A DNA stretch of 64,000 bases from an uncultured Gemmatimonadales bacterium (GCA_963783305.1 CAWAMW010000015.1:192001-256000); one strand, 5' to 3'; positions 14,994-25,010 are shown, numbered from the stretch's first letter. Notes: generated from the sequence alone by a model not told the origin. Numbers and translations: made by a program.

Positions 14994-15083
14994 GTCACGA
15001 ACGGCGATGGACCTGGATCGATGTAGTCCACGGGGAGAGCCTCCCGGTCGTGGCCTCCGGGCGCACAGCGCCAGGGAGCTGAC

Positions 15084-16418
15084 TTGATCGGACTCGCCAT
15101 GGCACTCCTGGTCGCCCTGCTGGCCTCGGCCTTTCTCACCGCCGCAGAGGTCGCACTCTTCTCCATTGGCGACCCCCGCATCCGCACTCTCGTGGAGGGC
15201 GGCGACAACGCCGTGGCGAAGATCCGCGCCCGTCCGCGGGCCCTGCTCGTTCTGCTCCGGTTCGGCGATGGCCTGGCCGCCATCGTCGCGGGCGCCGCCG
15301 CCTTCCGCATCGGCCATCTCCTGCTCCCCCTGTACGGTGGTCTGATCGCCATTCTGGTCGCCGCGGTGCTCCTCGTGGCCATTGGCGAGCTGTGGCCTCG
15401 CCGCATCCTCCCCGAGCGGGGCGTCCGCTTTGCCGTGGCCATCGCCCCCTTCATGCTCACGCTCAGCCGCGTGCTGCGCCCGGTCCTCTACCCGCTCGAG
15501 CGGATGACGCGGGACCTCCCGGAGCCCCGGCTCACCTCCGTCAGCGAGATCACGGAGTCCGAGCTCCGGCAGCTGACCGCCCTCGGCCGCAGCGAGGGCT
15601 CCATCGATGAGCACGAGGGTCAGATCATCGAGCGCGCGTTCCGACTGGAAGACACCCGCGTGTGGGATATCATGACGCCCCGGGTCGACATCTTCGCATG
15701 GCGCGACGACCTCACGCTCGACGATATCTCCGAGCAGTTCGGCTCCGTGCCGTACTCGCGGGTTCCGGTCTACGACGAGTCCATCGACGACGTCACCGGG
15801 CTCCTCTATCTCCGGGACGCCTACCAGGCGCTCATCGCCGGGCAGAACAGGGTGGCGCTCCGGGGCCTCGCGCGGCAGCCGCTGGTGGTGCCGGGATCGC
15901 TTCCACTCACGCGGCTGCTCCGGGACTTCCAGAACCGGCGGATCCACCTTGCGCTGGTGGTGGACGAGTACGGTGGCATTGACGGGCTGGTGACGCTCGA
16001 GGACGTAATCGAGGAGCTGGTGGGGGAGATCGAGGACGAGACGGATGTGACCGAAATCGACGTGGTCCGGATCTCCCGCAACGAGATCATCGCGGAAGGT
16101 GATACGGAGCTGCGCGAGATCAACCACATTTTCAACACGGCCCTTCCCCTCCTGGAGCATCGATCGCTGAACGGTTACCTGATCGAGGAGCTTGGACGGG
16201 TGCCGCAGGCGAAGGAAACGGTGGACCGCCAGGGGCTGCACATCGAGGTGCTCGACGCCTCTGAAACCCAGATCCTCCGTGCGCGAATCACGCGACGGGC
16301 ACCCGCCACGGAAGGCGCGCTGGACCGGGAGACCCGAAGGAGAGAAGCGCCTGTCGACGCCGCTGGGAGGATCGAGGACGGAGATGGCGGGGGTCGGGAT
16401 CGTGGCGCCGGAGAATAG
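15084..16418 (+). CDS. Hemolysin-family / CNNM (CorC-HlyC) metal transporter
   Basis: N-terminal TM domain (SAFLTAAEVALFS), CBS pair (IMTPR, YSRVPV, VVDEYGG..GLVTLED..EE.VGEI), CorC C-terminus. Confidence 0.92.
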   Translation: MIGLAMALLVALLASAFLTAAEVALFSIGDPRIRTLVEGGDNAVAKIRARPRALLVLLRFGDGLAAIVAGAAAFRIGHLLLPLYGGLIAILVAAVLLVAIGELWPRRILPERGVRFAVAIAPFMLTLSRVLRPVLYPLERMTRDLPEPRLTSVSEITESELRQLTALGRSEGSIDEHEGQIIERAFRLEDTRVWDIMTPRVDIFAWRDDLTLDDISEQFGSVPYSRVPVYDESIDDVTGLLYLRDAYQALIAGQNRVALRGLARQPLVVPGSLPLTRLLRDFQNRRIHLALVVDEYGGIDGLVTLEDVIEELVGEIEDETDVTEIDVVRISRNEIIAEGDTELREINHIFNTALPLLEHRSLNGYLIEELGRVPQAKETVDRQGLHIEVLDASETQILRARITRRAPATEGALDRETRRREAPVDAAGRIEDGDGGGRDRGAGE

Positions 16419-17382
16419 GTCGACGGCGCGGCTGCCCGGGGAACAGGCGCTGCGGGAGGCACGAACTCGCCTGCGGGGTGTCGCCCGTCACACCCCGCTC
16501 CACCACTCCCCGTGGCTGTCCGCGGACGTCGGGGTGCCCGTGTACCTGAAGCTCGAATGCTGGCAGGTCACCCACTCGTTCAAGCTCCGGGGGGCGTACA
16601 ACGCCATCGCCGCGCTGGACTCCGTCCAACGGGCGCGTGGGCTCACCACCGCGTCCGCGGGCAACCACGGCCTCGCCGTGGCGCACGCCGCACGGCTCCA
16701 CGGGGCGGACGCGACGATCTTCGTGCCCGCCGCCGCCCCGGGGGCGAAGCGGTCGCGGATCCGTCGCCTCGGTGCCGAGCTCCGCGAGGTCACCGGCAGC
16801 TACGACGACGCCGCGGTGGCGGCGCGAGAATTCGCCGCCGCGACCGGTGCGCAGCTGGTGCACGGCTTCAACGACCCGGACGTGGTGGCCGGCCAGGGGA
16901 CGGTGGGAATGGAGATCGTGGAGGACCTGCCGGACGTGCGGGAAGTGCTGGTGCCGGTAGGGGGTGGCGGTCTCGCCGCGGGTGTGGGCGCGGCGCTCCA
17001 CGTGGGCGCGCCCGGGTCGCGGCTGCTGGGCGTGCAGTCCACGGCGACGCGAGCCATGCACGAGGCGTTCGTGGCCGGTGGCATCGCGCCGTTCGAGGAT
17101 GCCCCTACGCTGTGTGACGGGCTGGCGGGGGAGACGGAGGCGGAGTCGTACGCCCGCGCCCGCGCGGCGTTGAGCGACCTCCGACTGGTGCCAGAGCCGG
17201 AGGTGGGCCCGGCGATCCGGGCTCTCTTCGAGAACGAGGGCATCGTCGCGGAGGGCTCCGCCGCCGTGGGGATCGCGGCGCTGCTGAGCGATCTCTGGCC
17301 GGTGCGGGGGCCCGTGGTGGTGGTGATCAGCGGCGGCAACATCGATGCGGGCCGGCTGTCGCACATCCTGAAGGAGGCCTGA
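16384..17382 (+). CDS. PLP-dependent threonine/serine dehydratase family protein (no ACT domain)
   Basis: LKLEC.Q.T.SFKLRGA, SAGNHG, GQGT, GGGGL, SGGNID. Start uncertain. Confidence 0.88.
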   Translation: MAGVGIVAPENRSTARLPGEQALREARTRLRGVARHTPLHHSPWLSADVGVPVYLKLECWQVTHSFKLRGAYNAIAALDSVQRARGLTTASAGNHGLAVAHAARLHGADATIFVPAAAPGAKRSRIRRLGAELREVTGSYDDAAVAAREFAAATGAQLVHGFNDPDVVAGQGTVGMEIVEDLPDVREVLVPVGGGGLAAGVGAALHVGAPGSRLLGVQSTATRAMHEAFVAGGIAPFEDAPTLCDGLAGETEAESYARARAALSDLRLVPEPEVGPAIRALFENEGIVAEGSAAVGIAALLSDLWPVRGPVVVVISGGNIDAGRLSHILKEA

Positions 17383-17916
17383 GTGGCGCACCTGATCCCG
17401 TTCCGCGGCCGCACGCCCCGCGTGCATCCGAGCGCTTTCCTGGCGCCCACGGCAGTCCTCATCGGGGACGTGGAGGTGGGCGCCGAATCGAGCGTCTGGT
17501 TCGGTGCCGTGCTGAGGGGCGACCACGCCCGGAACGGAATCCGGATCGGGGCCCGCACCAGCATCCAGGACAACTGCGTGATCCACGTCAGCGCGGAAGG
17601 TCCCACGGTGGTCGGCGACGACGTGACCGTCGGACACGGTGCGGTGTTCGAGAGCTGCGAGGTTCGGCGCGGGGCGTTGATCGGTATGAACGCCGTGCTG
17701 CTCCATCACGCCATCATCGGAGCGGAATCGCTGGTGGCCGCGGGCAGCGTCGTGCCCGCCGGGATGGAAGTGGCGCCGAGAACGCTGGTGGCCGGGTCGC
17801 CGGCCACGCCGCGCAAGACGCTGGAGGGCGAGTCCGCGGGGTGGATCCGGGGCAGCGCCCGGCACTATGTGGAGCTCTCCAGGGAGTACCTGGAGCAGAA
17901 GATCGGCGAGCTCTAG
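17383..17916 (+). CDS. Gamma carbonic anhydrase family / hexapeptide-repeat protein
   Basis: IGDV.VG..SSVW..AVLRGD, IQDNCVIH, VTVGH, IGMNA. Confidence 0.9.
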   Translation: MAHLIPFRGRTPRVHPSAFLAPTAVLIGDVEVGAESSVWFGAVLRGDHARNGIRIGARTSIQDNCVIHVSAEGPTVVGDDVTVGHGAVFESCEVRRGALIGMNAVLLHHAIIGAESLVAAGSVVPAGMEVAPRTLVAGSPATPRKTLEGESAGWIRGSARHYVELSREYLEQKIGEL

Positions 17917-18056
17917 GGATCGCTGCAGTCGCGGGCATACCCGCAGCGCGGGCACTTCAGCTTGCAGGCGGCGGTGTAGAGCATCGTGGCGCCGCAGACC
18001 TCGCAGCGCACAGGCGCCTCGGGGTCGTGGTGCGGGTCGTAATCGACCCGGTCCAC
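17913..18056 (-). CDS. Small (about 47 aa) Cys-rich zinc-ribbon micro-protein
   Basis: CEVCG...CKLKCPRCGY..DCSDP; GTG start 20 nt after the HD-GYP stop; 4-bp convergent stop overlap. Confidence 0.7.
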   Translation of the reverse strand: MDRVDYDPHHDPEAPVRCEVCGATMLYTAACKLKCPRCGYARDCSDP

Positions 18057-18075
18057 GGCGGTCCCGTCGCCGCCG

Positions 18076-19167
18076 TTACGTCCCCGGGGCTGCGTCAAAA
18101 TTCGACCAGATCGGTGCGGCGACGTTCGACAGGGCGGGGGCGTCTTCGAGCAGCGGCAGCGGGTTGAGGGGATCCGTCTCCAGGAATGCGTCCACCACCG
18201 CGGGGTCGAACTTGCGGCCTCGCTCGCTGGCGATCCATTCAACGGCCTCCTCCAGCGGCCACTCCGACTTGTAGGGCCGGTCCTGGATCAGCGCGTCGAA
18301 CACGTCGGCCACCGCGGTGATCCGCCCGGGCAGGGGGATTTCCTCACCCGCCATTCCGGGCGTGTACCCGGTCCCATCCCAGTTCTCGTGATGATAGAGT
18401 GCGATCTCCTCGGCCACCTGCATGATGGGGGAGTCGCTGCCGCTCAGGATGCTCGCGCCGAGCGTCGTGTGCGTCTTCAGGATGTCCCATTCCTCGAGGC
18501 TCAGCGAGCCCGGCTTCAGCAGGATGGAGTCCGGGATCCCGATCTTGCCGATGTCGTGCAGCGGCGCCGCCTGGCGGATGATCTCCACCTGGTTCCGGTC
18601 GAGGCCAAGGGCGGAGGCGACGGTCGCAGCCGTCCGTCCGACCCTGTGGGTGTGGAGCCCTCGCTGGTAGTCACGGAGCTCGGCTGCCATCGCGAGACGC
18701 TCGGCAACGGCGAACTGCGCGCTCCGTACCTGTTTCGTGCGCTCCTCGACGCGTTCTTCGAGACTCTGGTTGAGGTCCCTCGTCTCGAGCAGGTTCATGA
18801 CCCGAAGGACGACCTCCACGTTGTCGTACGGCTTCTCCAGGAAGTCCTTGGCGCCCGCCGTCAGCGCCCGCTGCTTGGCGGCGCTCGACAGGTCCCCCGA
18901 GATGACGAGGGTCGGGAAGTACTCGGTCTCGCCAACCCGGGTCCGGACCTGCCGGAGCACCTCGAAGCCGTCCAGGTGGGGCATGTGGAGGTCCAGCAGC
19001 AGGATGTCCGGCGCGAACTCGCGGAAGCGGGAAAGTGCTCGCCTCGGGTCCGTGAGACTCTCGATGCGAGTGAATCCGGCCTTCACGAGGATCCGCTCCA
19101 GCAGATCGACGTTCGGTTCCTCGTCGTCGATTATGAGAATGCGTCGGGTCGCGAGTCGGTTGTCCAT
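18076..19167 (-). CDS. Response regulator with HD-GYP cyclic-dinucleotide phosphodiesterase domain (RpfG-like)
   Basis: Receiver (IIDD, LLLD, KP) plus LHDIGK, HHENWDGTGY, ADVFDAL...RPYK, GRKFDP. Confidence 0.92.
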   Translation of the reverse strand: MDNRLATRRILIIDDEEPNVDLLERILVKAGFTRIESLTDPRRALSRFREFAPDILLLDLHMPHLDGFEVLRQVRTRVGETEYFPTLVISGDLSSAAKQRALTAGAKDFLEKPYDNVEVVLRVMNLLETRDLNQSLEERVEERTKQVRSAQFAVAERLAMAAELRDYQRGLHTHRVGRTAATVASALGLDRNQVEIIRQAAPLHDIGKIGIPDSILLKPGSLSLEEWDILKTHTTLGASILSGSDSPIMQVAEEIALYHHENWDGTGYTPGMAGEEIPLPGRITAVADVFDALIQDRPYKSEWPLEEAVEWIASERGRKFDPAVVDAFLETDPLNPLPLLEDAPALSNVAAPIWSNFDAAPGT

Positions 19168-19259
19168 GCAGTACCTCTGCGGAGCAGGGGCGGTCGAGGG
19201 GGTCGGGAAGGCCCGGGACGGCGGTCAGGTGCCTGTCACCGTCCAAAGGGGGTTCAAAG

Positions 19260-19288
19260 AGGTTAATGGCGGCCGACCGGACGGTCAA
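19260..19288 (-). promoter_or_regulatory. Putative sigma70 promoter of HD-GYP gene
   Basis: TTGACC-17nt-TAACCT. Confidence 0.6.
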
Positions 19289-19307
19289 TCGCGCTCGTTG
19301 GCCGGGC

Positions 19308-19739
19308 TCATGGACGGCGCTGACCGAAGTAGCCGCGCGGCCCGGGCCGCCGATAGAGGTACCACGCGAGCCCGGCCAGCACCGGGATCAGGACGAGCAC
19401 GCCCCCCAGCACCGCCCAGGGCGACGTGCTCCCCATTCCGGTCAGCACCGGGCCGAGCGCGGCGAGCACGAACGGCAGGAGAGCCGCGGGTCGCGCCCAC
19501 CAGCGGCCGAGGCCCAGCGCCAGCGCCGCGCCGACCACGGCCAGCGCCATGGGCGCCAGGGCGGGCAGAACCGTGGCCAGGGCTTCGGCCCTGCCGACGG
19601 CGCGCCCGCTCACCATGACGGGGCCATCGCCTATCGCGAGTCCGAGGATGAACAGGACGATCGCGCCCGCCCAGAACCAGAAGACCCAGATCAGAAGGTT
19701 GACCCCGAGGGGCCGCTCGTCCGCGTTGTCGTGATTCAT
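19308..19739 (-). CDS. Hypothetical 4-TM membrane protein
   Basis: ATGA overlap with pilD stop; hydrophobic segments from RPLGVNLLIWVFWF to YLYRRP. Confidence 0.7.
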   Translation of the reverse strand: MNHDNADERPLGVNLLIWVFWFWAGAIVLFILGLAIGDGPVMVSGRAVGRAEALATVLPALAPMALAVVGAALALGLGRWWARPAALLPFVLAALGPVLTGMGSTSPWAVLGGVLVLIPVLAGLAWYLYRRPGPRGYFGQRRP

Positions 19740-20518
19740 GCGGAGAGTGCGTAGCCGAGGTACCACTGGATGATCGGGTCGCCCCAGAGATATACGATGG
19801 CGCCCCCCATGGCGAGGAACGTACCGAGGGGGAGGTAGGTCCCCATGGCCTCGAGCTCCCCGCGGGCGGCGGCGAGCGGAACCCCGATGGCGAGCCCGAG
19901 CACCGACCCCAGGAGAACCGTGAGGAGGGCGCCCTGCCACCCCACGAAGGCGCCGATCATGGCCATCATGTGGATATCACCCACGCCGAGCGCGGGCTTC
20001 CGGAAGAGAGCTTCACCGCCGAGCTTGATGAGCCACATGAAGGCGTAGCCGCCGAGGCCCCCAATGAGGGCGGCCGTGAACGGGAACCCCTCCGGCCACG
20101 CGGCCAGCGCCAGGCCGACGAGCGCCCCCCCGAGGGAGAGCTGGTCCGGGATGATGCGGTGTCGAGCGTCAATGATGCCGATTCCCAGGAGACCGGTGAG
20201 GAAGAGGGCGCCGCGCAGCGCCTCGACCGGACCCTGCCAGAGGGCCATGCCGAGCCAGATCAGGGCGACCACGGCCTCGATGATCGGGTACTGGATCGAA
20301 ACCCCGGTACCGCAGGACCGACAGCGGCCCCGGAGCAGAATCCAGCTCAGGACCGGGATGTTGTCGTACCAGCGGATGAGTTCGTGGCAGGACGGGCAGC
20401 GGGAGCGCGGCCGCACCACGGATTCGCCGGCCGGCCAGCGATAGATGCAGACATTCAGGAACGAGCCTACGGCGGCACCGGCCGCCGTGAGGTACACCAG
20501 CCACACTGTCTCCGTCAT
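19736..20518 (-). CDS. pilD: Type IV prepilin peptidase/N-methyltransferase
   Basis: GSFLNVCIYR, SRCPSC...WYDNIP..SW..LRGRCRSC, ID....IIPD, G.GD, PLG.FL. Confidence 0.95.
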   Translation of the reverse strand: MTETVWLVYLTAAGAAVGSFLNVCIYRWPAGESVVRPRSRCPSCHELIRWYDNIPVLSWILLRGRCRSCGTGVSIQYPIIEAVVALIWLGMALWQGPVEALRGALFLTGLLGIGIIDARHRIIPDQLSLGGALVGLALAAWPEGFPFTAALIGGLGGYAFMWLIKLGGEALFRKPALGVGDIHMMAMIGAFVGWQGALLTVLLGSVLGLAIGVPLAAARGELEAMGTYLPLGTFLAMGGAIVYLWGDPIIQWYLGYALSA

Positions 20519-21303
20519 CCACGCTCTCTCGTCAGCTCGAACAGCAGGATGGCACCGGCTACCGCCACGTTCAACGATTCCGTCCCACCGCTCATAGGTA
20601 TGGACACGGTGCGCACGCAGCGAGTCGCCACAGCCTCGCTCAGCCCCGCCCCTTCGTTCCCCAGCACCAGCGCAACCCGCTCCACGACGGGTTCTTCGCC
20701 CACCGGGTTACCGGCGGCATCCGCCGCGACCAGAAGGACATCGTGGTCGCGGACCCAGTCGTCCAGCTCACCCAGCGCCGCCTGCACCACCGGGAGCCGG
20801 AACACGGCACCCGCCGAGGCGCGCACAACCTTCGGGTTCCAGGGGTCCACCGTTCCGGGCAGGCAGATCACCGCGCCGCACCCGAAGGCCGCTGCGGATC
20901 TGGCCAGTGTACCCAAATTTCCGGGATCCTGCACCCCGTCCAGCACGAGGACCACGACCGAGCGCTCGGGCTTGAGCGCCTCGAGAGATGCACGTGGCGA
21001 CTCCGCTACCGCCAGTACCCCCTGGGTGGTCGCGGTATCGGCCAGTTCCCGCAGCGCAGCATCCGTCGCCTCCCGAAAAGTCGCGCGCCCCTGGGCCGCT
21101 CGGTCCTCGAGCCGGGCACGCAGTCGGCGCCCTCGCTCGGTGTCCTCTAACGAGGACGCAATGACCGCCGTTCTCAGGACAATCCCGGCGTCGAGGAGCT
21201 CCTCCACCACCCGAACGCCCTCGGCCACGAAGAGCCCCTCACGTTCCCGCTGCTTGCGGCTCCCCAGCCGGCGGATGGCCTTGGCTTCCGTGCGGCTCAG
21301 CAT
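20515..21303 (-). CDS. TrmH/SpoU family RNA methyltransferase
   Basis: LDGVQDPGNLGTL.R, K.VRAS.GA, LGNEGAG, ESLNVAVA. Confidence 0.93.
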   Translation of the reverse strand: MLSRTEAKAIRRLGSRKQREREGLFVAEGVRVVEELLDAGIVLRTAVIASSLEDTERGRRLRARLEDRAAQGRATFREATDAALRELADTATTQGVLAVAESPRASLEALKPERSVVVLVLDGVQDPGNLGTLARSAAAFGCGAVICLPGTVDPWNPKVVRASAGAVFRLPVVQAALGELDDWVRDHDVLLVAADAAGNPVGEEPVVERVALVLGNEGAGLSEAVATRCVRTVSIPMSGGTESLNVAVAGAILLFELTRERG

Positions 21304-21312
21304 GTGGGGGTC

Positions 21313-21328
21313 TGGAACACCCTTTGCA
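21313..21328 (+). promoter_or_regulatory. Putative sigma54 promoter
   Basis: TGGAACACCCTTTGCA (GG-N10-GC) about 50 nt upstream of the M48 gene. Confidence 0.55.
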
Positions 21329-21378
21329 CAGCAACGGGAGCCGTGCAGGTGTCTTTTTCCAGGAGAGCGACTTCGATC

Positions 21379-22206
21379 ATGGGTAACCTTTCGCTACGCA
21401 GAGGGCTGGCGGTCGGGCTGGTGGCCACGTCCGCCGGACTCGGGGCGTGCGGTGTGTCCGAGCAGCAGGAACTGCAGGTGGGCCGGCAGTACGCGGCGGA
21501 GATCAACCGCCAGCTCCCCATCGTCGACGATCCGCAGATCCATCGATTTCTGAACCAGCTCGGGGACCGGATCCAGCGCCAGCCGGGCGCCCGAGACATC
21601 CCGTACACGTACTACGTGGTGAACATCGAAGAGATCAATGCCTTCGCGATACCGGGTGGCTTCGTGTACATCAACCGTGGGCTCATCGAGCGGACGGACA
21701 ACCTGGCGGAGCTGGCCGGGGTGGTGGCCCACGAGATCGGGCATGTCGAGGCGCGCCACAGCGCCGAGATGATGGAGCGTGCGCAGACGGCTGAAGCGGG
21801 GCTGATCCTCGGCTCGATCCTCCTGGGGGCGCCCCCGGGGGGCGTAGCGGGCGCGGCGGTGGACCTGGGTGCGCAGGCGTATTTTTCGCACCACAGCCGT
21901 GAGGCGGAGAACGAGGCGGACGCCATCGCGGTGCGGATGCTGCCGGTGGTCGGGATCGACCCGAACGGCCTGGTTACGTTCTTCAAGGAACTGATCGCGG
22001 AGCGCGAGAGGGCGCCCTCGCAGCTGGAGCAGTGGTTCTCCACGCACCCGCTGACGGAGGAGCGGATCGCGAACGTGCGAGCCCTCATCCGGGCGCTGCC
22101 GCCGCACGAGGGGCAGTCGCTGCAGGTCACATCGCGTGACTACGAGACCTTCAAGGCGCGGGTGCGGCAGCTGCCGCCGCCGCCGCCGGAGTTCCGAAAG
22201 AACTGA
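21379..22206 (+). CDS. M48 family zinc metalloprotease lipoprotein (LoiP/BepA protease domain-like)
   Basis: AGGAGA RBS; lipobox LGAC; INAFA.PGG, HEIGH, SRE.E.EAD, STHP...RI. Confidence 0.92.
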   Translation: MGNLSLRRGLAVGLVATSAGLGACGVSEQQELQVGRQYAAEINRQLPIVDDPQIHRFLNQLGDRIQRQPGARDIPYTYYVVNIEEINAFAIPGGFVYINRGLIERTDNLAELAGVVAHEIGHVEARHSAEMMERAQTAEAGLILGSILLGAPPGGVAGAAVDLGAQAYFSHHSREAENEADAIAVRMLPVVGIDPNGLVTFFKELIAERERAPSQLEQWFSTHPLTEERIANVRALIRALPPHEGQSLQVTSRDYETFKARVRQLPPPPPEFRKN

Positions 22207-22239
22207 GCGGCGGAGCGTCGTGACGGTTGGAGACGGAGG

Positions 22240-22267
22240 GGCCGGCCCGGCACAGGGCCGGCCTTTT
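22240..22267 (+). terminator. Rho-independent terminator
   Basis: GGCCGGCCC-GGCACA-GGGCCGGCC followed by TTTT. Confidence 0.75.
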
Positions 22268-22323
22268 CGCGTGGGGCGGCCCCCCCTAGCTTCGGCATTC
22301 CACGAGCGCGAGACCGATCTTCC

Positions 22324-23130
22324 ATGGAGACCCCGATGCTCCCCGTAGCTCTCACCATTGCCGGCAGCGACAGCGGCGGTGGCGCAGGAATCCAGGCAGA
22401 CCTGAAGACCTTCCAAGCGTTCGGCGCGTTCGGCACCAGCGCCATCACGGCCATCACCGTCCAGGACACCCTGGGCGTCCACGGGGTGCATGCCATCCCG
22501 CTGGACATGGTGCGCCGCCAGATCGAGGTGGTGGCGGCGGACCTCGAGCCTGCGGCGGTGAAGACGGGAATGCTCGCCACCGCCGAGCTGGTGGCCGGAG
22601 TGGCCGCGGCGATCCGTGAGCTGCGGCTGCCGCACTACGTCCTCGACCCGGTCATGGTGGCGACCAGCGGGGATCGGCTGCTGGACCGGGACGCGGAATC
22701 GGCGGTGACGGAGCTCCTCCTCCCGCTGGCGGCGGTGGTCACGCCGAATCTGGACGAGGCGCGGCTGCTCGCCGGGCGCGAGATCCGCGGTGAGGCGGAC
22801 ATGCGAGCCGTGGCCGAGCGTCTGGTGGAGATGGGAGCGGCGGCGGCGCTGGTGAAGGGCGGCCATCTTGAAGGCGGTGAGGTCGTGGACGTGCTGGTGG
22901 ACGGGGAGGGCGCGCGCAGTTGGCGGCGGGAGAAGGTCGCCACGAGCAGCACCCACGGGACCGGGTGCACTCTGTCCGCCGCCATAGCCGCCGGACTGGC
23001 TCATGGCCGGCCTCTGCGCGTGGCCGTGGACGCGGCGCTGGACTACGTGCACCGCGCAATCGTACATGCGCCCGGCATCGGGCATGGCAACGGTCCGCTG
23101 AACCATCTCGTCCCGGCCCGATCCGACTAG
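22324..23130 (+). CDS. thiD: Hydroxymethylpyrimidine/phosphomethylpyrimidine kinase
   Basis: [45 protein letters not shown]. Confidence 0.96.
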   Translation: METPMLPVALTIAGSDSGGGAGIQADLKTFQAFGAFGTSAITAITVQDTLGVHGVHAIPLDMVRRQIEVVAADLEPAAVKTGMLATAELVAGVAAAIRELRLPHYVLDPVMVATSGDRLLDRDAESAVTELLLPLAAVVTPNLDEARLLAGREIRGEADMRAVAERLVEMGAAAALVKGGHLEGGEVVDVLVDGEGARSWRREKVATSSTHGTGCTLSAAIAAGLAHGRPLRVAVDAALDYVHRAIVHAPGIGHGNGPLNHLVPARSD

Positions 23131-23306
23131 CGGGTCAGGAACCAGTTCGCGAGCAGATAACCGCCGGTGAGTCCCAGGACCATCAGGGCGCCGTAGAGCG
23201 TGGGAGGGGCGGGAATGGGAAGCCGGAGGAACCGCACGAGGGCTCCGATCCCCAGCGCCACGATCACACCGACCCACCCAGGTACGACCACTGCCTCACT
23301 GCCCAT
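23127..23306 (-). CDS. XapX-domain (DUF1427-like) small membrane protein
   Basis: Two TM helices separated by LPIPAPP; AGGAGGT RBS. Confidence 0.75.
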   Translation of the reverse strand: MGSEAVVVPGWVGVIVALGIGALVRFLRLPIPAPPTLYGALMVLGLTGGYLLANWFLTR

Positions 23307-24960
23307 CTTCACCTCCTGAATCCGGCGGTGTCCTGGCTCCCTGACCCCCTTCCGGCGGCGCCAGCCACCAGTCGGGGAGGTTCACCAGCGCTCCGCGTAT
23401 GTCCATTTCCATGTCCCGGACCCGATCTCGGACCAGGAACGCATCCACCTGATAGTACAGGATCGTCCAGGGCTGCTCCTCCTTGAGGATCTCCTGGACG
23501 CGTCCCCACAGCGGCGCCGCACGCTCCGGGTCCGGCTCCAGAACGGCTCGGTCCATGAGCGAGTCCACCTCCGGGTTGCCGTAGGAGGCAAACTGGTAGG
23601 GCCCCTCCAGCGCGTCGGAGTGGAAGAGGTCCCTCAGGTCCAGTCTGAAATCACCCGACCATCCGAGCAGTGCGGCATCGAACCGCCGCTCCGGAGAGGT
23701 GACGTCGGCGAAGAGCGTACTGGCCTCGGTCCTTTCGGTGCGAGCCCGCACCCCGAGAGCGGCCAGGTCCGATCGCAGCGCCTCGGCCACGTCGCGGTTG
23801 AAGTCGCTCCCGGCGCTCAGCTTGATCCGGATCTCGAAGTCCGATCCGTCGGGCAGCTGCAGGATATCGTCGCCATTGCGATCCCGGATCCCGAGACCTG
23901 CGAGCAGCGCCCGGGCGGAGTCCGGATCGAAGGGGACCGGCTCGACCTCCGGGTCGTACGCCCAGTGGAACGGCATGATGGGCGTGACGCCGAGATCCCC
24001 GAAGCCGTTGCGGAGCCCTTCCAGGATCCGGCGCCGATCGAGGCTCATGGCGAGAGCGCGCCGTACCCGCGGATCGTCGAGAGGTGGGCGGAGCGCGTTC
24101 CAGACCACGAAGCTGAACTGCCGGGATGGCTTCACCACTACCCGGATCCCCGGCCGGTTCGCCAGGGCCCGCACCTGATCGGGCGCGGGCTGGAGCGCCA
24201 GGTCCACCTCGCCCACGCGGAGCTCCGTGACCTGCGCCGTGTTGTCGGGGATCACGCGCCATATCACTCGGTCCAGCAGTGGCCGCCCACCCAACTCTTC
24301 CGGATAGTCCGGATTCGCCTCGAATACCCAACGGTCACCCGCCCGCTGGGACACGAAACGGAACGGTCCGTTGCCCACCGGCGCCCGGTTGAAGGGGACC
24401 TGGCGCAGCTGCTCCGGCGGGTACTGCTGGAGGAGGTGCCGGGGCACCACCGGTGTGGAGGGCCAGCCGGCGAGCGGATCGGAATGGGGCTGAAAGCGGA
24501 ACCGAACCGTGAACGAGTCCAGCACCTCTCCGTCCTTCCAGCGAAGGAAGTAGTCCGCGTTGGGAAAGCCGGTGGCGGGGTCGCGCGCCCGCTCGAACGT
24601 AAAGAGTACGTCGTAGGCCGTGGTCGGCGTGCCATCGTGCCAGCGCACGTCGTGCCGGAGATGGAAGACCACACCGGTGTCGCCGAGCATCTCCCACGAG
24701 CGGGCGAGGTACGGCTCATACTCGAGGTCGGGGCCGTAGCGGATGAGGGGCGAGAAAAGCGCGTAGCGCAGAATCTCGTTCGTCCAGGCGTCCACCGAGA
24801 CGAGGGGGTTGGCGTGATCGAGGTCGGTACCGGCGCCAATGACCAGGGTGCCGCCCCTGCGGGGGCCAGCCTCGCCGCAGGAGGCGATCATCACAGACGC
24901 CATACTGGCCGCCAGCGCGACCGACAGGATGGCCGCGCGGGACCGCATTGATCGGTTCAT
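23296..24960 (-). CDS. ABC transporter family-5 (Opp/Dpp/Nik-like) substrate-binding lipoprotein
   Basis: Lipobox IASC; LARSW, LR.DVRWHDG.P.TA.DV.FT, PVGNGPF, D.RVRRAL...LDR. Confidence 0.9.
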   Translation of the reverse strand: MNRSMRSRAAILSVALAASMASVMIASCGEAGPRRGGTLVIGAGTDLDHANPLVSVDAWTNEILRYALFSPLIRYGPDLEYEPYLARSWEMLGDTGVVFHLRHDVRWHDGTPTTAYDVLFTFERARDPATGFPNADYFLRWKDGEVLDSFTVRFRFQPHSDPLAGWPSTPVVPRHLLQQYPPEQLRQVPFNRAPVGNGPFRFVSQRAGDRWVFEANPDYPEELGGRPLLDRVIWRVIPDNTAQVTELRVGEVDLALQPAPDQVRALANRPGIRVVVKPSRQFSFVVWNALRPPLDDPRVRRALAMSLDRRRILEGLRNGFGDLGVTPIMPFHWAYDPEVEPVPFDPDSARALLAGLGIRDRNGDDILQLPDGSDFEIRIKLSAGSDFNRDVAEALRSDLAALGVRARTERTEASTLFADVTSPERRFDAALLGWSGDFRLDLRDLFHSDALEGPYQFASYGNPEVDSLMDRAVLEPDPERAAPLWGRVQEILKEEQPWTILYYQVDAFLVRDRVRDMEMDIRGALVNLPDWWLAPPEGGQGARTPPDSGGEDGQ

Positions 24961-25010
24961 CACTCTCGCTTCGGTGTACGTGCCGGAATTAAACGAATGT
25001 GGGCCCGCGA

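Noticed and set aside
14994..15083. Fluoride or Mn riboswitch before the CNNM gene (GGCGATGG, GGGGAG)
   Set aside because: Only short partial matches; the remaining consensus and pairing are missing.
19168..19260. c-di-GMP riboswitch in the HD-GYP leader
   Set aside because: A hairpin is present, but the GEMM consensus (GGCAAA..GAAA..GACGCAAAGC) is absent.
22206..22324. TPP riboswitch upstream of thiD (or thiE)
   Set aside because: No CTGAGA core; the spacer holds only a terminator, and thiE is coupled to mltG.
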